From assembly GCF_009914755.1 (NCBI RefSeq), contig NC_060931.1: DNA of 64,000 nucleotides. The stretch is one strand, 5' to 3'. Shown one piece after another: positions 37,271-51,928 of the stretch. Source of the DNA: the human T2T-CHM13v2.0 reference genome, Homo sapiens. A program made the translations under genes and the position numbers. The number at the start of each line of letters is the position of its first letter. The first letter of the stretch is position 1. Below the pieces are notes generated by a model. That model was not told the origin of the DNA and did no database searches. It saw only the letters and a list, made by a program, of their open reading frames with translations.

Positions 37271-39856
37271 GCCAGCGCGCGCGTCTGTGTGTGCGCGCGT
37301 GTCTGATGTGTGTGTGCCCGTGGTGTTCCCGGGACTCCCCGCGGGGGCTGGGAGGGGATCGCAGAACCCTAGGGTGGCGACAGAGCAAACCCCTCCAGGA
37401 CTGGAGGCCCGACCTCCGCGGTGCTGGGAGCGCCCTAGGGTCTGGCTGCGCCGCGCTGGCGACGGGGTAGGCTCGGGGAACGCGCGCAGGCCCCGGGATC
37501 GGCCGCTGGGGCATTGGGGCATCCTGCCCTCGCTGCCCCGACCCTCCCGCTGCGGTCGCAGGGCCTTGGGGCACCGGGGAGTGGGCGGGTCTTCCCAGCG
37601 ACCCGGAGCACAGGGGCGGGCGACGGCGCCCCCACCATGGCCCTGCCCGGCCCGAGCGCCCGGCGCACCTGAGGTCTGGGCCGGGGAGCAGCTGGGGAAC
37701 CGCGCGTCGCCTCGGGGAGCTCCCGGCCAGGCCGGCTCCGGGCAGAGGCCAGAGGGGCCCTGGCGCACCCTCCCCGCCCGCGGCGACCTCGCACCACCTT
37801 CCCCGCCAGCCCGCGGCTCTCCTCGCCCTGGATCGCCGGAGCCTCATCCAGGCTGGGGTCTCCAGCAGGCGGCCGGGAGCTCTCCGAGGTGGCCAGGAGT
37901 GGCCGGTAGCCGTCTCCCTCGGCCAGGCCGTGTCCAGCCCCTCAGTCTCCACGGCGGCGCAGACCGCACGCGGCCACCCTGGGCCTCGGACAGGGCTAGG
38001 GGGACGCAGACCCTGCCGTCTGGGGGTCCTGGGGCGGCCACGGGGCCGGCGACCCCAGAGCAAGGCGGAGCCTAGTACAGGCCAGAGAGCTGGTTTTGCT
38101 TTCTTCACAGACATGACCTGACAGTGAATACACAAATAAATACAATTCTTTTCGTTAGTCCCTTCTTCCGTTGTCTCAGTGTTTCACTTCCAACATCAAA
38201 GCACCGCATTCCTGATTTGATCTTAATTTAATGACCTGTCTTTCTAGTGCTTTGAGGAAAGATGGGTGGGAGGTGGCACCAATTCAGTTCAATTTGGGTC
38301 ACTTTAAAAATCGTGAGAGGGCCTGAAAGGTTCCATGCGGGTTCACCAGCAGAACAGCACACTTCCTCGTCCACGCCTTGGTGCACCTGCGGCAATATAT
38401 TCTGGGTGGCAGACGGTTATTTATGTCTGAGAGCCTCCAACTCACTCCCCTTCCTCCCACCACCCCTCCTCTAAGGTGCGGCCTGACCTCAGTGGGGCTG
38501 CAGAACTGGCCTCGCCAAAGCTGAAGGCGGACCCACACTCTAAGCCCTAGAGTCTAGGGGGGTCATGAGAAGAACGCGTTTGTATTTGAGGTGCTGGTTC
38601 TTTTAGTCTATTGCTTCAGAAACTGGTAAGTTACTCGCCAGATTTCCATTCTATTTTTCTTTATTTTAAATTCCCTTTTTATTTCCAGGGCAGGAAAATG
38701 TATCTTCTAATTCTTGAAAATACTTTAGAAAAGTGTCTCGGCAATAATGTGAGACTAGATTCAGCTAATTTGAAGAATGAATAATGATGTGAGGATTTTT
38801 TCTTTTTTCTTTTTTTTTTGGTCATGAGATCTTAGACTTCATTTAATAATAAATTTCAATTTACATGATTTCAATAACATTTTCAGAGAAAACTTTTAAA
38901 CATGACACAAAATATTTTTGAGAGACATGTTGATTGAAATCATTTATATATGACAAATGAGTACATTATTCATATAGAAGTTAGGGTTGTTTGGCTGATG
39001 AATAAAAAATATAATATATGTAAAATTCTCCAAGACCTACAAAATAGCTACACAATATAAATAGTTTAAAAATGATTTGTTGATCCTGCCAATACTTCTT
39101 TTAAAGTGCATTTCACATTTGTTATGTGTAAAACCTAATGTTCTGTGATAAGAATCTCATTTTCAATTTAAGGAACACCAAATTGTTATAGATTACACAT
39201 TTAAGTGATTAGAATAAATATCCCATGCACTAAATTATCAAAGAAAATGTATTTTTAAACAAAATAGAGAAAGACTGTTATGGGAAACATGATTATTATA
39301 AAGCAAAACACATATTTCAGGAATTTAAAATAATATGGTAAGGTAGAAAATGATTTAAAAAACACCTGAGACTCTTGATTTCAGAAGTCTAAATCAATTT
39401 TGTTTTTTAAACTAAGACAGTAATTTATAATTTTACAGTACACAAATAGTATTTAAAATACTTTTGATTTCTAAATCCATTTTTAAAAAGTATTTACTAT
39501 TATAATATAAAAATAAAAATAGATCCTTAAAAATATTGTAGGTATGTGTATAAGGCATTTCTTCATGCATATATTTAAAGAAAACAACATTTTAAAGTAA
39601 CAATGAGTGCATTTTGAAAACAAGATGTTTTGAGAGGTCAGCCTCCTAGTAAAGCATAGTAGTTGGCATTGAGATAATTTAAGAACAAAGACACTTCCAC
39701 AGACAAATATGGATGACTCTGAGTTGAAATGTATTAACCACCAGTAGTTATTTTTTCAAGGACAATATTTGGAAGAGCATCAGACACTAGTGAGAAGTCC
39801 TTATTCATCATAAAAGAAGGTAAGTCCATTGCAACAATAGGGCAGTGAAACAACTG

Positions 39857-42080
39857 CATCTTAGTAGAGCCCTCACCGTCTACCCGTGCATACTGGATCT
39901 TAGTAGAGCCCTCACCATCTACCCATGCATACTGGGTCTTGGCAGAGCCCTCACCATCTACCCATGCATACTGGATCTTAGTAGAGCCCTCACCATCTAC
40001 CCATGCATACTGGGTCTTGGCAGAGCCCTCACCATCTACCCATGCATACTGGGTCTTGGCAGAGCCCTCACCATCTACCCATGCATACTGGGTCTTGGAA
40101 GAGCCCTCACCATCTACCCATGCATACTGGGTCTTGGCAGAGCCCTCACCATCTACCCATGCATACTGGGTCTTGGCAGAGCCCTCACCATCTACCCATG
40201 CATACTGGGTCTTGGGAGAGCCCTCACCATCTACCCATGCACACTGGGTCTTGGCAGAGCCCTCACCATCTACCCATGCATACTGGATCTTAGTAGAGCC
40301 CTCACCATCTACCCATGCATACTGGATCTTAGTAGAGCCCTCACCATCTACCCATGCATACTGGGTCTTAGTAGAGCCCTCACCATCTACTCATGCATAC
40401 TGGATCTTAGTAGAGCCCTCACCATCTACCCATGCATACTGGGTCTTAGTAGAGCCCTCACCATCTACCCATGCATACTGGATCTTAGTAGAGCCCTCAC
40501 CATCTACCCATGCATACTGGATCTTGGCAGAGCCCTCACCATCTACCCATGCATACTGGGTCTTGGCAGAGCCCTCACCATCTACCCATGCATACTGGAT
40601 CTTAGTAGAGCCCTCACCATCTACCCATGCATACTGGATCTTAGTAGAGCCCTCACCATCTACCCATGCATACTGGGTCTTAGTAGAGCCCTCACCATCT
40701 ACCTATGCATACTGGATCTTGGCAGAGCCCTCACCGTCTACCCATGCATACTGGGTCTTAGCAGAGCCCTCACCGTCTACCCATGCATACTGGATCTTGG
40801 CAGAGCCCTCACCATCTACCCATGCATACTGGATCTTGGCAGAGCCCTCACCATCTACACATGCATACTGGGTCTTGGCAGAGCCCTCACCGTCTACACA
40901 TGCATACTGGGTCTTGGCAGAGCCCTCACCGTCTACCCATGCATACTGGGTCTTGGCAGAGCCCTCACCGTCTACTCATGCATACTGGGTCTTGGCAGAG
41001 CCCTCACCGTCTACCCATGCATACTGGGTCTTGGCAGAGCCCTCACCATCTACCCATGCATACTGGTTCTTGGCAGAGCCCTCACCATCTACCCATGCAT
41101 ACTGGGTCTTGGCAGAGCCCTCACCATCTACCCATGCATACTGGGTCTTGGCAGAGCCCTCACCATCTACCCATGCATACTGGGTCTTGGCAGAGCCCTC
41201 ACCATCTACCCATGCATACTGGGTCTTGGCAGAGCCCTCACCATCTACCCATGCATACTGGGTCTTGGCAGAGCCCTCACCATCTACCCATGCATACTGT
41301 GTCTTGGCAGATTCCTCACCATCTACCCATGCATACTGGGTCTTGGCAGAGCCCTCACCATCTACCCATGCATACTGGATCTTAGTAGAGCCCTCACCAT
41401 CTACCCATGCATACTGGGTCTTAGTAGAGCCCTCACCATCTACCCATGCATACTGGATCTTAGTAGAGCCCTCACCATCTACCCATGCATACTGGGTCTT
41501 AGTAGAGCCCTCACCATCTACTCATGCATACTGGATCTTAGTAGAGCCCTCACCATCTACCCATGCATACTGGATCTTGGCAGAGCCCTCACCATCTACC
41601 CATGCATACTGGGTCTTGGCAGAGCCCTCACCATCTACCCATGCATACTGGGTCTTAGTAGAGCCCTCACCGTCTACCCATGCATACTGGATCTCGGCAG
41701 AGCCCTCACCGTCTACCCATGCATACTGGGTCTTAGCAGAGCCCTCACCGTCTACCCATGCATACTGGATCTTGGCAGAGCCCTCACCGTCTACCCATGC
41801 ATACTGGATCTTGGCAGAGCCCTCACCATCTACCCATGCATACTGGGTCTTCGCAGAGCCCTCACTGTCTACCCATGCATACTGGATCTTGGCAGAGCCC
41901 TCACCATCTACTCATGCATACTGGGTCTTGGCAGAGCCCTCACCATCTACTCATGCATACTGGGTCTTGGCAGAGCCCTCACCATCTACCCATGCATACT
42001 GGATCTTAGCAGAGCCCTCACCATCTACCCATGCATACTGGGTCTTGGCAGAGCCCTCACCATCTACCCATGCATACTGG
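39857..42080. repeat. 39-bp minisatellite, about 57 copies
   Basis: Unit tcttggcagagccctcaccatctacccatgcatactggg with g/a and gc/gt variants. Confidence 0.98.
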
Positions 42081-43465
42081 AAGCAGAGTTTATCCCACAG
42101 GACAAATTCATGAACTGGGAAGATTTTTAAGATAAGATTTTGCCACATTGCTTATGTTAGATATAACATAAGCAATGCAAATGTAAGCAGTGCAAATGTA
42201 AGATATAGCTATAAAATCAATGCCCTTATTTTAAAATTGAGAAATGCTAAAATTATTTTTTCAAATTATTTCACTTTATTTCAAGAAAAATATGAATTCT
42301 TTACTTAAAGCAGAACAATGCAAGTCATTTTTTGTTTTGAAAAATAAATCACCAACACAACTCAGCTTTTATTATTAATTCTCATGCTGGCTCATATGCC
42401 GATGAATCTGAAGCTTTTGAAATCCAAAAATAGGAACTCAATGATGAGATAGACTTGATATCCCACCAATGGCTTGACATGCTTACATGAAACCACGTGC
42501 TTATAAACCAAGTATGTGTTTCAGCAAACATTTCTGCTTGAAGGATTGGCTGACAAATATGTCGGGATGTTTAGACTTTTCTTCCCCAAACTTCAAAGTT
42601 ATAATTCAAAGAATAGAAAAAGCCTCAAGGCTTCATTATTACTATTATTAGTTTTGTCCATTAAAAGTAGCATTTTGAAAAAATACTGTTCATAAGCACA
42701 GGTACTTATAAACAGTGCAGTCTCCCTAGAGGTGAATCCGGTTTTCACTGTCTAGATTCTAGTATAGAGGATCTATTACTTTTAATCAACGTATTTGTAA
42801 AGATCTAATATTTTATTATTTACAGAATAATGCCATAAGGCACGTATTTAATAGTTGATGTTCAGTATAGTATATATATTGTATTTTCATAACTAGATTA
42901 TATTCTTTTCAAAACTGAGCTAAAATTCCTTAGATTGAATGTTTGTAAGAAAGACTCATTACCACATGAACAAGAATCTAACTTTTTTGAAAATGGCTAA
43001 ATAGTGCCATTATGTTCAGATGAAAGGAAACAAGATAATTCTGTGAAGAATAACCAGGTCATCTCTATTTTTGTTTAAAATCTCTTTCACATATTTTGTC
43101 AGTTACATACTACACATCCATTACAATATTTGGAAACTTTTCCTCGGGTTGCTTTGGAATTAAAAGTAGAACAATAATTCAGGTAATTCAGGTAAATGTT
43201 TGTTTCACAATTATATAACTTAGCCATGTCCTGTTCACATATTCTTTAAGAAAAGTGCCTATGTATATTTTAATGTATGAAAATAGGCTCCAATTAAATG
43301 AAAGAACAGCAACAGCCTGACAAAGCTCACCTTTGTACCTGGATTCTACTGAGAAGGAAAATCAAATGATCACCATCAAGTGACATTTTTTGATTTTATA
43401 TTGCAAATATGTCTATACATATTTAGATCTAATGTGAACAAAAATTCAGGAAGCAGCCAGTTGCT

Positions 43466-43769
43466 TTTCTTTTCTTTTTTTTCTTTTTACTGAGACGGAG
43501 TCTTGCTCTGTCACCCAGGCTGGAGTGCAGTGGCGTGATCCTGGCTCACTGCCAACCGCCGACACCCAGGTTCAAATGATTCTGCTGCCAGTAGCTGGGA
43601 TTACAGGTGTCTGCCACCAGGCCCAGTGAATTTTTTTTTGTATTTTTAGTAAAGACAGGGTTTTGCCATCTTGGCCAGGCTGTTCTTGAGCTCCCAACCT
43701 CGGGTGGTCTGCCCACCTTGAGCCTCCCAAAGTGCTGGAATTACAGGCGGGAGCCACCGCACCCTGCCC
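43466..43769 (-). mobile_element. Alu with target-site duplication cagttgcttttc
   Basis: Reverse Alu; cagttgcttttc occurs on both flanks. Confidence 0.93.
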
Positions 43770-45164
43770 AGTTGCTTTTCATTCTGACACAGTGCGGAGC
43801 AGGTTCAGGGTAAGCTGTCACTGAGACGGAGCATTGGTGGTGCAGGATTCCATGTGACTCACCCTCAGCTGCCAAGTGGCCAACTGCATGGAGCCGCCGC
43901 ATGTCCTCGGTCAGTGCGGTGGGATGCACGCTGGCATTCTAGCAAGTCTGGCACATTAGCATATAATCTGCAACAGGGTGCTGTCAGGTACTGAGACCAC
44001 TTTTAAAACCCTCATGAATCTGCCACATGTAACTATATGTCTCCCTAATATGTTTCCATTCACACACTTTAGGAAGTGATATACCTACTTCGACCTTGCT
44101 CAGTCATTTCTGAAATTCCCATTTGGAATTGTCTTCAGAAATATGCCCAAAGAAAACCAGAAATCTAGTCTTACGTTTTCTAAGCTTTTTCACTTGTGAT
44201 TCTCCACACCTTAACCTCATCACTCCTCCAGTTGACTGTCCTTGTCTCCAAATGGCTTTAGAGTATTAAAAAAGAAACAAATCTGAAATATCACTTCCAC
44301 CATTAAGAGTGCATTTGAAAAGGCCATTTCAAAAGAGTAGTGCCCCAGACATGGTGAGCACTAAGACAGACAGCACCTCTGAGTGACACTGCGGAAAAAC
44401 CAGGCTCACTTGTCCAAGCACGTTCGCAACAGAGTCAGTTACTTTTCCTCCACTGGGTTTCCCAGTTTCCATGACGACAGCCTGTCCTGAATGTCCATCT
44501 TTGGGGTGAGGCTTGAGGCTTCCTTGTCTTTTGTCCTCCCCACAATCAGATCCCATTACTTTTTTCGGGTCATCCCTTATCTGACCTTATTCCCCATCCC
44601 CCTATGCTGATGGCGGCTGGCCTCCTGCAGTCCTGGGGTCTGGTCCCCTCCATCCACCACCCTCAGCCTCGGCCATCTCTACCTTGTCCACTGGAACAGC
44701 TTCCTGTCCCTCCCTGAAAATTCCACCAACCCTTCCTCACACCCATCAGAGGCTGGCTCCCTTTCATCTGATCAACCAAGGACACACAGGGGCGCCTCCA
44801 GACCTCCCCTGCATGCCTTCCCCACACCAGGAGCCCCTGGTCAGCGGCCGCGAGGGCACCCTCACCCTCTCCTGCACACTCTCTCCCCATCGAGGAACCC
44901 TGGCTGGCTCAGCGGTGGGCTCGGGGCCTTTCATTTGTTTGAGGTCGAATGCTGAGTCCCTCACCTTCAGAACATGTGAGTGCTACGGACTGCTCATCAT
45001 TTCACGCATGTGCACATGCACTGTCTCTCACACACGCACGCTTTCGCACACGTGGAGACAGGCGAGTACTTTCTAGTCAGCATGACAGCAGCGGCTCCAT
45101 CCTGTCAAGCTACTTTCCCATATTTTATTTCCTTTCACTCCCAGAGAAACCGTGGAATTCATGC

Positions 45165-45260
45165 ATTTTTTTTTCCAGTTTTACAGATGAGAAAACCAAA
45201 GTACTGAGAGGTAAATGAAGTATCCGAAGCTGGTCAGTGGCAGAATCTCAATCAACACAC
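45165..45260 (-). mobile_element. MIR fragment
   Basis: ttttacagatgagaaaac...agaggtaaatga...tggtcagtggcaga. Confidence 0.65.
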
Positions 45261-45754
45261 AGGCTCCTATGCGAACCCACACACTGAGGGCATGTTTCAC
45301 AGGGGAGAGCTCCGTTCTTAGCTACAGACTCAGGCAGGCTTGGAGTCACTCCTCTCTGCAGTCTGAGCTCCGCGGGTCTCCGCCAGAGCCTCCAAGCCTC
45401 CCCCCAGTAATAATATTAATAATAGTTACTATTCTTTGAATAGTAATTCAATAATAGTATCAGTCTTTCAAAAAGATGGTGGTCTTTATTCTCTATTTTC
45501 CATAGAATGTGGTCACAGGCATCGTGTGAGCACTGCCATTTCTGTGCTTCTACCACACACACTCTAAGAGGCCAGGGGGTGTCTGCTCCGGCAGCTCCAG
45601 ATGCACCTTCCAGGGGCGTCTCCTCCTGTCACTCAGCGCTGCCCCCAGACCCTTCCTACCCGAAGTTCTGTGGCCACAGCCATGCAGACTTTATCCTACA
45701 CTCTGACCCACTCACAAAGCACTGCGGTTCTAGGTATGAAAGCTTCTCACTCTT

Positions 45755-46470
45755 AACTGACGTGGGCTGTGCGTTTATAAGAGAGCCGGGTCAATGCTGG
45801 TGTAACTGACACGGGCTGTGGGTTTGTAAGAGAGCCGGGTAGGTGCTGGTGTAACTGACGCGGGCTGTGCATTTATAAGAAAGCCCGGTCGGTGCTGGTG
45901 TAACTGACACGGGCTGTGGGTTTGTAAGAGAGCCGGGTAGGTGCTGGTGTAACTGACGCGGGCTGTGCATTTATAAGAAAGCCCGGTCGGTGCTGGTGTA
46001 ACTGACGCGGGCTGTGGGTTTGTAAGAGAGCCGGGTAGGTGCTGGTGTAACTGACGCGGGCTGTGCATTTATAAGAAAGCCCGGTCGGTGCTGGTGTAAC
46101 TGACGTGGGCTGTGCATTTATAAGAAAGCCTGGTCAGTCCTGGTGTAACTGTTGCGGGCTCTGCCTTTGTGTGAAAGCCCGGTCGGTCCTGGTGTAACTG
46201 ACACGGGCTGTGGGTTTGTAAGAGAGCCGGGTAGGTGCTGGTGTAACTGACGTGGGCTGTGCATTTATGAGAAAGCCTGGTCGGTCCTGGTGTAACTGAC
46301 GTGGGCTGTGCATTTATAAGAAAGCCTGGTCGGTCCTGGTGTAACTGTTGCGGGCTCTGCCTTTGTGAGAAAGCCCGGTCGGTGCTGGTGTAACTATGAG
46401 AAAGCCTGGTAGGTGCTGGTGTAACTGACACGGGCTCTGAGTTTATGAGAAAGCCTGGTCGGTGCTGGTG
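45755..46470. repeat. 49-bp minisatellite, about 14-15 copies, partly A/B alternating
   Basis: Unit aactgacacgggctgtgggtttgtaagagagccgggtaggtgctggtgt and variant aactgacgcgggctgtgcatttataagaaagcccggtcggtgctggtgt. Confidence 0.95.
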
Positions 46471-48169
46471 AACATGGGTGTCTCCCCTCAGAGAAGTAAG
46501 CTGAGGTGTGTGCACCTCTCACAGCCCAGTGGGGAGCACAGGGCTGCCTGCCCACGCTCACTGGCTGGCTCAGTGCCCTCCATAGGCTCCTGTCCACCGG
46601 CAGGCGTGCTGCGGCGTTGGTGAGAGCCCCGGGGCGGAGGCTCACCATCAGGCTTCCAGCATATGGTGGATAATAATCTCTGGCAACACAAAAAGGCAGG
46701 CAGCAGCTCAGCTCACTGTTTCATCTGTTGATCAGTCTACAGGTCCAGGGTTTTAAAAATGGATTTTTGCTAAATGAATACCACAACATATGCCACCAGA
46801 AAAGTGCGTGTGTGCCATTTCAAACACCCGCCGTCCTGCTGCTCCGCGCTGCCGAATCTGCTCCTCTCTCCTCTGGCCCCGCGTCCCTCAGAAGGAGCTG
46901 AGGTCAGAAGGAGGTGTCTCCAGGAAACACTAGGGGACCTTCATACCTGAGGGGCCAAAATAGCTGTTTTCAAGCTGCTGCTGTTGGAGACCGGTCTTAG
47001 GAAGGGGCTGTGATAGAGCTCTTTGTGGAAAGCCTTAAATTAAGATGAAGGGGAGAAAAGGAAGTATCGAAAGTTTGGAAAAATAGAGAAATAAGAAGAG
47101 CTCCTAAACTGAGCCTGTGGCAAAGGGAGTATCCTGAAATTGAACGGGCTCATTCTTGAAATGTCAGTGTGGCCGGCAGCCTCTGAGACGGCCCAGGGCC
47201 TCCGTCCTCCTGGAATTCTCTTTCCTGAGCGCCACTGGACCTGGTGACTCCACTCCGATGCCTGGAGGACAGCAAAGGCAGCAGAGATGGCTGCTAAGGA
47301 CGCACACTGGGGTCCCCGACCGACTTTCGAGCTCCGAGGGATGTCTGCTGCCAGGTGGTGGCGGCTGATGGGGAAACCTGGTGGACAGGGCCCATGGACA
47401 GGGGCTAACAGCACAGAGGGCCTGGGGCTGCCGCTGCTGAGCTGAGAGGACACCCTCAGCACAGCCTATAGGGACGCAGCTGGAACCCCCAGCTGGTCCA
47501 CACCAGGACCCCAGGCCCACAGAAACTGTAAGATAAAACATGGTTGTGTTAAGCTAAGTTTCGGGATAACTCGCTGTGCAGTGGAGGGTAACTACTGGAG
47601 CTAGCAACGTCAAGCCGTCCAGGAGAGAACCAGATGGGAACACCCAGCGTGGGTCTTCCACAAAAGAACTTCTTCTCAGCCAGGCAGAGGCACCTGCAGG
47701 AGGTGAAAGGCAAGTTCCCGGCCAGCCTGGTGGGGTTCCTGCGGTCCAACCCCCACCTCAGCACGCTCCCCTCACTCCCCGCGGCCGCTTGTCCTCTGCC
47801 GCTGCTCTGGATTTGGGATTCCGAGACTGGCAGGTCAGGAGGCCCGGAAAACTACATTTGCCTCACTCTGGTTCTCCGGGGCTGTGGTGAGGCTGCCTCT
47901 CCCCTGCCCTCCACTTTCTCTTTCCCTGTAATATTTATGTAGCTGAGTGCAGCAAACATTTTGAATGCGTGATCACCGTGGGGCTCAGGGCCCTCTGAAG
48001 CTCTCACTCGCCCAAAGCTGACGGCCTCTGTTTTTTCCAGCTGCAGCTCCGGGTGCCATCCTCCGCGGGGTGAGGTGCCACCAGGAATCCCTTTCCTTAG
48101 ATTGTCTGATGCTGTGAGTTAGAAGATTCCTGTTTCTACTCACACGATTGGGTGCCCAGTATACACTGC

Positions 48170-48330
48170 CATGGTTTAGAGGAAGCTCTGCCACTAACTG
48201 TGTGACTGAGGCAAGTGGCTTCACTGCCCTGTGCCTCAGTTTCTCTCCCTGAAAATGGGAATAAAATGTACTTGACTCATGGGCTTAATGAACTGATCCC
48301 GGGAGCTCTTGGCTGTAAGGTGCTCAGGAC
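48170..48330 (+). mobile_element. MIR
   Basis: ctgccactaactgtgtgactgaggcaagtgg...ctgtgcctcagtttctctccctgaaaatgggaataa. Confidence 0.75.
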
Positions 48331-49065
48331 AGGGTGGCATCCACACCCTCAGGGGCCCTGCTACTTTTTATTACCATCTTGACTCTAGGAGCTCCGACCT
48401 TGGTTTTCATGGATGCCAATGGAAATTCTGTTTTCAGACAAATGTGGAAGGCATCCTTAAAGATAATAGGATTAAGTAACACAAATATAAAGAGGAAAAA
48501 TGATCACCGATGAAGAGTGCAAGAGACCACGTGTGTGTGCTTGGGAATGGAGGGCCTGAAGGTCCCACCCTCGGCTGGGCCCGCCCTGCCCCATGCTGCT
48601 CCCGCTCTCCTGGGCACCCTACCACCTCCTGGCTCCCCACATTCGCTTCTGGGCACACGTGGAGGGAGGGCAGGTGCCCCTCAGGTGTTCCCTTTCTTTC
48701 CTTCTCAGCACCTCCTGAGGAAGCCCCAGGACAGAACAGGAACCACTGGAGTCAGAAGCAGAATGAGGGGCATCTGTATTCACTGCAGTTTACGGCGGCC
48801 ATTCTATTGCTCTCGTAACTTGCAAAGCAGACTTTTAACTTAGAATTGACATATACTAAATATTTAAAGTAATCTTCATAAGCCCCAGAGTGTGTGTCTG
48901 TAACTAAGGACAATTTTTTCACAATTAAAAAACCCTCATGAAATGACAGTGACTGTTATCAAATGTCTAACTCTGTGCTCGAGCACTAACCTCCATGCTT
49001 GCAGGAAGGCTCTTTGTGAAACTGACAATAATCCTGTGAGGTGAGCACCATTAAAACCTGTACTT

Positions 49066-51088
<2,023 letters not shown>

Positions 51089-51191
51089 GACAGATGAAGG
51101 ACACAGAAAACTTAATAGTAAAACATATTTTCTGATACGCAGGTACCTGGGAATCTATAGATTCAGGTTTAGTGCTGTGGGTTGTCCTTTT

Positions 51192-51437
51192 ATACACAGC
51201 ACACATACCACAAACACACACAGATACAGCATACACGCACACACACAACCACATTCACATAGACAAGTACCTCGCACACACATACACAGAAACACACACA
51301 CCACACATACACACAGACACATACCCAGCATACTTACACACACAGCACACACACAACCACATTCACACACACATAGGCATATAGTAAACACCAACTCAAG
51401 CACACATCACACGTGCATGGACACCCCCCCCACACAC
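51192..51437. repeat. CA-rich low-complexity tract
   Basis: Degenerate (CA)n. Confidence 0.85.
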
Positions 51438-51607
51438 GTGGAGATAGAGTCGACACTATATTAGCTTCCCATGAATTGATGTCATAAGCTCAGTTAACAT
51501 ACGTGCCCGCTAAGTACCCTTCAGGGATGGCAATGCTAACCCGCTGTAGTTTAAAAGCTTCAGGGAAGACTTGATCAGTCTCGGCAGGTATTACAGGCAG
51601 AGGCAGA

Positions 51608-51928
51608 TTTCTTTTTCCTTTTTTTTTCTTTTTTTTTGAGACAGAGTCTCACTCTGTCACTAGGCTGGACTGGAGTGCAGTGACACGATCTCTGCTCACT
51701 GCAACCTCCGCCTCCTGGGTTCAAGTGATTCTCCTGCCTCAGCCTCCCATAATCCCAATTGGGATTACAGTTGGGATTACAGGCACGCACCACTACGCCC
51801 AGCTAATTTTTGTATTTTTAGTAGAGACGGGGTTTCACCATGTTAGCCAGGATGGTCTTGACCTTGTGATCCACTCGCCTTGGCCCCCAAAGTGCTGGGA
51901 TTACAGGCGTGAGCCACTGCGCCCAGCC
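51608..51928 (-). mobile_element. Alu with an internal rearrangement; TSD agagg(c/a)agatttct
   Basis: Reverse Alu with flanking direct repeats. Confidence 0.93.

Larger units (their letters stand above)
32480..38080. promoter_or_regulatory. Intragenic CpG island, part 2
   Basis: Very GC-rich with dense CpG and free of transposons. Confidence 0.9.

Noticed and set aside
39845-42130. 761-aa and 724-aa ORFs (13-aa repeats, superficially LRR-like)
   Set aside because: They result from a 39-bp unit (multiple of 3) lacking stops, are antisense to PTPRN2, appear to start at non-ATG codons and have no gene structure
43863-43967. Cryptic 105-nt exon (TGTTGCAG acceptor, AGG|GTGAGT donor) on the minus strand
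   Set aside because: Weak pyrimidine tract and early stop; such pairs are common by chance in long introns
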